From positions 1 to 45,271 of the forward strand of contig JAIRYN010000034.1 in the NCBI GenBank assembly GCA_031267575.1: a stretch of DNA of 45,271 nt, written 5' to 3'. Positions 39,818 through 45,271 of the stretch are shown here, piece by piece. The translations under genes were made by a program, and so were the position numbers. This DNA comes from Synergistaceae bacterium. GTDB taxonomy: Bacteria; Synergistota; Synergistia; Synergistales; Aminobacteriaceae. How positions within the stretch are numbered: position 1 is the first letter of the stretch; every line of letters starts with the position of its first letter. The notes beneath the pieces were generated by a model. The model made no database searches, was not told where the DNA came from, and was given only the letters and a program-made list of their open reading frames with translations.

Positions 39818-40560
39818 TACCCCTCCTGTTTTTTCTTCTCCATGGAACCGTCCTGGTCGTTGTCGATTAACCGGCCATGACGCTCCGAAAAACGCAATTG
39901 CCGTAACTCGTTGAAGACGTCCCGCGCGATAGCGGCGTTCGATTCGACAGCTCCTGTGAGCGGGTAGCAGCCCAGAGTCCTGAAATACACCATCCGAAAC
40001 TCCGGCCGTTCGTCCGGAACAAGTTTCATCCTGTCGTCGTCGATCATAATCCACGTGCCCTTGCGTTTCACTACCGGGCGCACGCTGGCGAAATAGAGCG
40101 GAACTATCGGAATATCTTCATCGACGATGTACTCCCACACATCATACTCCGTCCAGTTGGAGAGCGGGAACACACGCATGGTCTCCCCTGGCCCGAGGCG
40201 AGTAAGGGATTTATGCCTTCTTTGACGGCCTTTTCGTTCGTATAAGTGATCAGGCGCAACCCCAGTGTCTTTTCACTGTGGCGTCCCTGAAAGCGATCAT
40301 CTCTTTGAATTTCCACTCTTTGAATTTCCACGTCGTGTCTATATGCATAAGAGGCAACGGCGGCTTCGGTGGGTAAAAAGTCTTTATGGTGAGGCGAAGC
40401 ATGACCGACGAACCCTTATCTATGGATTGACTTACCGTTCTGCCCAACTTATGCAAACCTGAATAAATCCGATCAAATATGATCAGGAGCAAGTTTACTG
40501 TTGGCTTCCTGCTTCATCGAGGCCAGTTTCACCATCATCTCGCGACGACATAAAAACCGC
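39811..40560 (-). pseudogene. cysD: Sulfate adenylyltransferase subunit 2 (cysD), degraded by frameshifts and an internal deletion
   Basis: Three collinear fragments in different frames match CysD: [35 protein letters not shown].., then [17 protein letters not shown], then [18 protein letters not shown]...[14 protein letters not shown]...[12 protein letters not shown]. About 85 central residues, including the GGxRRDEE region, are missing. A 15-bp in-frame tandem duplication lies at 40300-40329. Confidence 0.8.
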
Positions 40561-40660
40561 AACATGAAGAAAACCCCTTATTAATTTATAATGATGATAA
40601 GCAATGAATGCCCGGAGGAACGTCATCCCCAATGTTTGGGTCTGCCCATGTTTTTGCTCG

Positions 40661-41389
40661 TTAATGAAAAGCTAAATCTCGCAGATCCGAGTACAATTTT
40701 TGGATATCGTCGGGCAGAACGTCCTCGCCAGAGTCAGGAAAGCGCGCCGACGCGGGTTCGTTCCAAAAAGAGGCAATATTGCGCCGCAGTGTTTCCAGAT
40801 CGATAGGTCGTCCGAGCCAGTTCAGTAGCTTGGCGAACGAATCAAGGGGTTCAAGGCAGAAGCGGTTGAAGTCGAAAATAAACGCGTCCATCCCCTCGGA
40901 GTTTTCGATAAAGCGTCGACTGTATTTGCCCCAGATACATAGGCCCTCGTCAAAATCCGTTCCGTAGCGCTTGCTCATTGAAGCCGCGACCTCGGCGGGA
41001 TGCCGTAAACAGAAAACCACCCGGCGAAGTTCCAGCCACACGTCCCGCCACGCCGCCAAAGTTAGGCAGAAGAGCGGGTCTTTGCAAAGTTCTCCGTCGA
41101 ACTCTTTCAAAAAGATCTGAAAATATTTTTGCCTTTTGGTGGCGAGCGCCATGATCTCGTCGCGCGGAGGTGGTGTAAAGATTCCCCAAAAAGGGCTGAT
41201 CTCGATTAGAAGCCGTTCGTTGACCGCGAAAAGCAAGTCGTGTTCAAAATGCCCCCTGGGGTTCATGGGCGTCGAGTTGCGCAGAACGCGGATATTGCGC
41301 CCCAGATCGAAACCGCAGAGCTCCAACAGGCCCGTGACGCAGCTTGTGCCGCTTCTCATCGGACCGGTAACGATGGTTGTTTCCCTCAT
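40661..41389 (-). CDS. Sulfotransferase family protein
   Basis: VTGPMRSGTS is the 5'-PSB (PAPS-binding) loop of sulfotransferases, on a roughly 240-aa scaffold. The start ATG overlaps the TGA of the upstream gene (ATGA). Confidence 0.7.
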   Translation of the reverse strand: MRETTIVTGPMRSGTSCVTGLLELCGFDLGRNIRVLRNSTPMNPRGHFEHDLLFAVNERLLIEISPFWGIFTPPPRDEIMALATKRQKYFQIFLKEFDGELCKDPLFCLTLAAWRDVWLELRRVVFCLRHPAEVAASMSKRYGTDFDEGLCIWGKYSRRFIENSEGMDAFIFDFNRFCLEPLDSFAKLLNWLGRPIDLETLRRNIASFWNEPASARFPDSGEDVLPDDIQKLYSDLRDLAFH

Positions 41390-43680
41390 GATTTTGCCTT
41401 TCCGTCCATAAGCGCAAGTGTCGCCCACGCGGAGCTCACGCCGCCCAGGTCCCGTGTGAAAAACAAAGTTCGCTCCCCGTCCTCCTCGAACCAGTAAGCG
41501 AGAATGGGCTCGCCTGCCCAGCCACCCGGCCCCTTGATTCTTCGCAGCCAGTCCCGACCCGGGTCAAGAGAGGAGGAGGAAGGCGACGCGACGGTCAGCG
41601 CCAGCAACGCGGCGGAAGTTTCGATGACGGAACCGCCCCACGCTCCCTCGTTTCCCTGGCCGCTTTGCAAGCGATAGACGGCCCGCGCCTCGACCTCCTT
41701 CAGAAGCTGGGAATCGTAGGGGGAACCTTCGAGGGAGGTAAAGAAACGCAGCGCGTACCAAATGGGGATTGTTTGTGAGGGAAACCACTTTCCGGGCCAT
41801 CCACCGCTCACTTGCTGGTTTCGCAGCAGATAATCGCGGCAGAGAGTAATTTCCTCCGCATAACGTTCAGGATCTATCCGCGTCAGCAACCATGCACAGA
41901 AGGCCGTTGCTGGGCAGTCCACGCCCCGCCAATAAGGCGCGCGCCCAGGCGCGTCGGCGGGAAGCGTGCCGAATCCCCCTTGTTCACGGTCAAAAAACAC
42001 GTCGACGAGCCTACGGCAACTTTCCCGCAAACACGTTCTATGCCTGCCGGTCGACAGCAAACCCTCCATAACGAGGGCACTATCCAAAGATGTAACGCCA
42101 TAATCCCTCTGATAGCCCCATAAACCGTCGACGGCCTCTTCCAGCAGATAACGCTCGGTTTCCCACGATTCTCCTTCGAGGAAAGACGTCTCGCCCTTTC
42201 CGGCCTTTTCTGCTTGAAGCAGAAGGCCATAATAAGCCACTGTACCATCGCGGAAAGTTTCGGTGAGTTGAGGGCCATTGCCGCCCATGCGGAGAACCGT
42301 GGTCTCGGCTAGAGGCATACGGCCAAAATCCACCGAAATCGGGCCGAAATCGTCTTTCAGGCAAAAAGCCGCCGCCCTGCGACCCGACGCTATCGCGGGC
42401 CACATGCCGTAAGGCAGCGCCGCGCCGTCCCACTCTGTATAATCCCCGGCCAAGACGACTCCTGGCATGGGACAAAGCCATGTCGCGGAAAAACCGCGAT
42501 AAGTCGACTCCTCGATAATGGGGCCGACTTCCGCCCAGCGCCGCGATTCCAGCAGAGAACAGTTCTTGACGGTAAATTCACCGACACTTGTCGCTTGCAG
42601 TTCCTCAATCATCATCCGCGTCAAATCCGCGTCGCTCATGCCTTCAGATGCCGCCATGCTTTCGCCCACAATGTAGCCTGTGACGACGACTTCGTTTTCG
42701 TTAGAAACGCCAGAAACGCCTGGAAGCTGATGGAAAATAAAGGTGTTGAAATGGCCCTGAGTGGAAACCAGATAGGACAATGCGCGCCGATTTTCGACAC
42801 GACAGTGGAGAACGACGGCGATTCCTCCACCGTAGCGGACGCGGCCGAGAAAATCGGAGGAGACGTTTTTGAATTCACTACATAATTTTTTAGCCTCAGT
42901 CGCTGGGACTGCTAGGATAATCTTTTGCGCGACGGCTTCTTCTTTCGCGCCGTTTCCGTTACGCCACAGAACTTTAACGGACTTGGAGCTTTGCCCTCCC
43001 ACCGAAAGACCTCGCTCAAGAGCCTCGGATTCTTGAGAATCTTTTTTGGGGACTAACTCGTACACGCGGCAAGCCGTTCGGATTTCTGCCCCGCCGCTCG
43101 CGGCTGTTAGGTTTGCGGCCATAGCCTGAATCATCGCTCCGTTTCCTCGCTGGAAATAATCTGCCCTGTGACGGAGGAGACAATCCCTGCGGCGGGTCGG
43201 AACAGCCTCGGTGGGTGTTCCGGGGTGGATGACGCGAAAGAAAGCCTTCATCGCCGCCCCCAGGTCTTCACCGATCATCGCCTCCTGTGGATTCGGCGAG
43301 GCGAGGAAAGACGATAGGCAGATCTGTTGCCGCGGCGCCGAGTTCAGCGAGCGAACGCAATCGACCACCGAGTCGCCGGTATGGAGCCGTCCCCGGTGAA
43401 ACAAACCCACGGGATTATCGTTCTCGTAGTGAGAACCCGCGTCCACGGGAAAGTCAAACCATTTGGGATTGAAAGCGAAAATCGACCCCGTTTCGTAAAC
43501 GATTCTATCCCGTTTCCCCGTGCGCACTTTACCGCCCAAACGGCCATCCGCTTCCAAGAGCAAAACTTTTTTTCTGGGTTTTCCCGTTTTCACGTTCAAA
43601 GAAACTTCGCAGGCGGCGGACAAACCCGCCAATCCGCCTCCCACGATGATCACGTCGTACTGCTCGTATTGTCGCGTCAT
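41386..43680 (-). CDS. Fusion protein: flavin-containing amine-oxidase/desaturase-like N-terminal domain plus squalene-cyclase/prenyltransferase-like repeat C-terminal domain
   Basis: N-terminus YDVIIVGGGLAGLSAA...LLEADGRLGGKV...GVVLAGDYT (amine oxidase FAD fold). C-terminus carries QW-type repeats QQVSGGWPGKW, QSGQGNEGAWGGS and KGPGGWAGEP, typical of terpene cyclase/prenyltransferase alpha-barrels. GGAGGTGA RBS before the ATG at 43680. Confidence 0.65.
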   Translation of the reverse strand: MTRQYEQYDVIIVGGGLAGLSAACEVSLNVKTGKPRKKVLLLEADGRLGGKVRTGKRDRIVYETGSIFAFNPKWFDFPVDAGSHYENDNPVGLFHRGRLHTGDSVVDCVRSLNSAPRQQICLSSFLASPNPQEAMIGEDLGAAMKAFFRVIHPGTPTEAVPTRRRDCLLRHRADYFQRGNGAMIQAMAANLTAASGGAEIRTACRVYELVPKKDSQESEALERGLSVGGQSSKSVKVLWRNGNGAKEEAVAQKIILAVPATEAKKLCSEFKNVSSDFLGRVRYGGGIAVVLHCRVENRRALSYLVSTQGHFNTFIFHQLPGVSGVSNENEVVVTGYIVGESMAASEGMSDADLTRMMIEELQATSVGEFTVKNCSLLESRRWAEVGPIIEESTYRGFSATWLCPMPGVVLAGDYTEWDGAALPYGMWPAIASGRRAAAFCLKDDFGPISVDFGRMPLAETTVLRMGGNGPQLTETFRDGTVAYYGLLLQAEKAGKGETSFLEGESWETERYLLEEAVDGLWGYQRDYGVTSLDSALVMEGLLSTGRHRTCLRESCRRLVDVFFDREQGGFGTLPADAPGRAPYWRGVDCPATAFCAWLLTRIDPERYAEEITLCRDYLLRNQQVSGGWPGKWFPSQTIPIWYALRFFTSLEGSPYDSQLLKEVEARAVYRLQSGQGNEGAWGGSVIETSAALLALTVASPSSSSLDPGRDWLRRIKGPGGWAGEPILAYWFEEDGERTLFFTRDLGGVSSAWATLALMDGKAKS

Positions 43681-43696
43681 GTCTCCGTCACCTCCG

Positions 43697-44902
43697 TCAT
43701 TGAATATTCCACGCTTGCCTCGCTTGCTTATCGGCGTCGGGTGACACACCCAGAATCGCGTTCCGCGGATTGAACAAGCTCAAAGCTAGACCAGGGCGGC
43801 TAACGGCGAGGTAAGCCTTTGCTTGCGTCAAAGTCCCCCGCGACAACGTGAGCTTCAGGTGGTGAATTTTCCTATAGGTATTGAGATAAACGACGCCGCC
43901 GGTGATGCGCTTGCGCAGAGGTGACGCAGTGATCCCGACGTAATCCTTCACGCCCTGCGCCTTTTCAGGCAAGCAGAGTCCCGCGCGCGTCAGTGCCTCA
44001 AGCAGCGGATGCCATTGCTTAGGGTCATCATCGAGCCATTCCTCGTAACACTCTACGCCAAAGACGTCGTCAACGCCTTCTTCCATCAGGTTGAAGCCGA
44101 AATTCAGATCACGGCAGAGCGGGAAAACGACTTCGAAGATCTTCCTCAACGATTCGATTTCGGCGGCGCCGGCCTCGGCCGTTCTAGTAGCGGACCGTAG
44201 TCTTGCGAGCCAAGTCAGAATTTTCCCTATGTCCATTCCTGCCTTCGACACGACTTTATCCACGCACAGCCTCATTCCAACGTCGTCCGCCCGGTCCAGC
44301 ATGAAACCAATCTGAAAAATCCTCGCTCCCTCAGGCAGGTCGTCGAAAAATTTTCGTAGCGCGCGCGCCTGGGAAGCGGGACGCTCGAACAGGGACATGA
44401 GCTCCCCGATCAGATCAAAGGTTCTCTCGTTGGACGTTTTCGGTTCGGGGCCGAAGAAAATATTGGGTTGCCGCAAAACCCTTTCCGCGTCCGCTCCAGC
44501 CAAATCCATTTCCAGCCAAAGGTTGTGGATATCGCGGTTCCATGGGTGGTCGAGATTGAGCCAATTCCGGGCGAGAACTCGAAGATTTTTCCAGACAGGA
44601 TAGACCTCGCACAGTTCGTCGATGGCAGAAGAGATTTCACCAGCAAGAAGAGCAGGACCGCAAGCCTCCTTCTTGATTTCAAACAAGATGTCGGAAAGGG
44701 GCTCCGGTTCGCCGAGACGGCACTCGAAACCCCAGAAGCTGGACAACTGTATCGGAAGGCGCGCGGCGACGCAGCGCATTTGCGCCCGGCATTCCTCTCC
44801 GAACAGACTTTCCGGCAGGGACGGCTCAATGTCATCCAAGACGTCGGTCAACGAAGGGACCGACGTCATAGCGGGCGCAACACGATTCGCGGGGCAATTC
44901 AT
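43697..44902 (-). CDS. Hypothetical protein of 401 aa with no recognisable family signature
   Basis: Long ORF in the operon between the precursor gene and the fusion enzyme. Acidic clusters FFDDLPEG and VDDVFGVECYEE are the only motif-like features. Confidence 0.55.
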   Translation of the reverse strand: MNCPANRVAPAMTSVPSLTDVLDDIEPSLPESLFGEECRAQMRCVAARLPIQLSSFWGFECRLGEPEPLSDILFEIKKEACGPALLAGEISSAIDELCEVYPVWKNLRVLARNWLNLDHPWNRDIHNLWLEMDLAGADAERVLRQPNIFFGPEPKTSNERTFDLIGELMSLFERPASQARALRKFFDDLPEGARIFQIGFMLDRADDVGMRLCVDKVVSKAGMDIGKILTWLARLRSATRTAEAGAAEIESLRKIFEVVFPLCRDLNFGFNLMEEGVDDVFGVECYEEWLDDDPKQWHPLLEALTRAGLCLPEKAQGVKDYVGITASPLRKRITGGVVYLNTYRKIHHLKLTLSRGTLTQAKAYLAVSRPGLALSLFNPRNAILGVSPDADKQARQAWNIQ

Positions 44903-44993
44903 TCATAAAGCCCTCATTTTAATATACGTGATGGACTTCTGAGCCCCTCACCATCTTGGACTAGAGAAAATCCCACTTTCTTTGTTTCCGTTT

Positions 44994-45271
44994 TTACCAA
45001 CGAGAGAGAGCCTTACCAATGGATATAATCACTGCTCCCCCGACGGCGGCACCAACGACAAGGGCAGCGGTCGATGTAACGATGCCACCCGCCACTTTTT
45101 CTAGTTCTTCTTCACTTAATTCGTCTTTCTTGTCCACTCCTACTTCCTTTGTCAGAGCTTCCGCGTCTTCTTTGGAGAACTCCAGGCCCAACGTTTTCGC
45201 ATAGGTAATCTGACCGTCTAGATCTCCTATGCCGATTTCTTTCGCCTTTTTGCGGACTTCCTCATTCTCTA
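44994..45271 (-). CDS. Nif11-like leader precursor peptide with a double-glycine site (N-terminus beyond window end)
   Basis: The ORF is open to the window edge. Leader: ...EEVRKKAKEIGIGDLDGQITYAKTLGLEFSKEDAEALTKEVGVDKKDELSEEELEKVAGG. Core: IVTSTAALVVGAAVGGAVIISIGKALSRW, then stop. The leader end LSEEELEKVAGG resembles the LSDDELEGVAGG of prochlorosin-type Nif11 leaders. Confidence 0.65.
   Translation of the reverse strand, partial: ENEEVRKKAKEIGIGDLDGQITYAKTLGLEFSKEDAEALTKEVGVDKKDELSEEELEKVAGGIVTSTAALVVGAAVGGAVIISIGKALSRW

Noticed and set aside
40104-40492. ORFs 40250-40492 and 40104-40331 as separate small genes
   Set aside because: Both are fragments of the same degraded cysD in different frames and are reported together as a pseudogene.

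Overview
This is a 45.3-kb bacterial chromosomal segment with roughly 55-60% GC outside a few AT-rich stretches. About 40 genes are densely packed, most on the minus strand. The gene set suggests a Gram-negative-type, probably anaerobic or host-associated organism: EF-Tu, MurJ, membrane pyrophosphatase HppA, a MoxR/DUF58/transglutaminase operon, two PAS-GGDEF sensors, a TamB-like protein, LspA, late cobalamin genes (cbiB, cobD, cobQ), hom, rex, a LysR regulator and an amino-acid ABC substrate-binding protein plus permease. Four things stand out. (1) The right end (37.4 to beyond 45.3 kb, minus strand) looks like a translationally coupled operon that may be a previously undescribed biosynthetic cluster. 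It encodes a Nif11-type leader precursor peptide with a double-glycine site and a Cys-free core ending in Trp, a 401-aa protein with no recognisable motifs, a fusion of a flavin amine-oxidase-like domain to a squalene-cyclase/prenyltransferase-like repeat domain, a sulfotransferase, a degraded cysD, an intact cysNC and idi. (2) A roughly 300-bp cassette (terminator hairpin, sigma70-like promoter and structured leader) occurs in inverted copies upstream of tuf and cobQ, and a 97-nt core of it also sits upstream of rex. Its hairpins show compensatory base changes. (3) The sequence carries many 12-19-bp tandem duplications in both coding (in-frame) and non-coding DNA. (4) There are signs of gene decay: lspA has an in-frame amber codon and cysD carries frameshifts and an internal deletion. 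An AT-rich two-gene islet sits next to the tuf leader.
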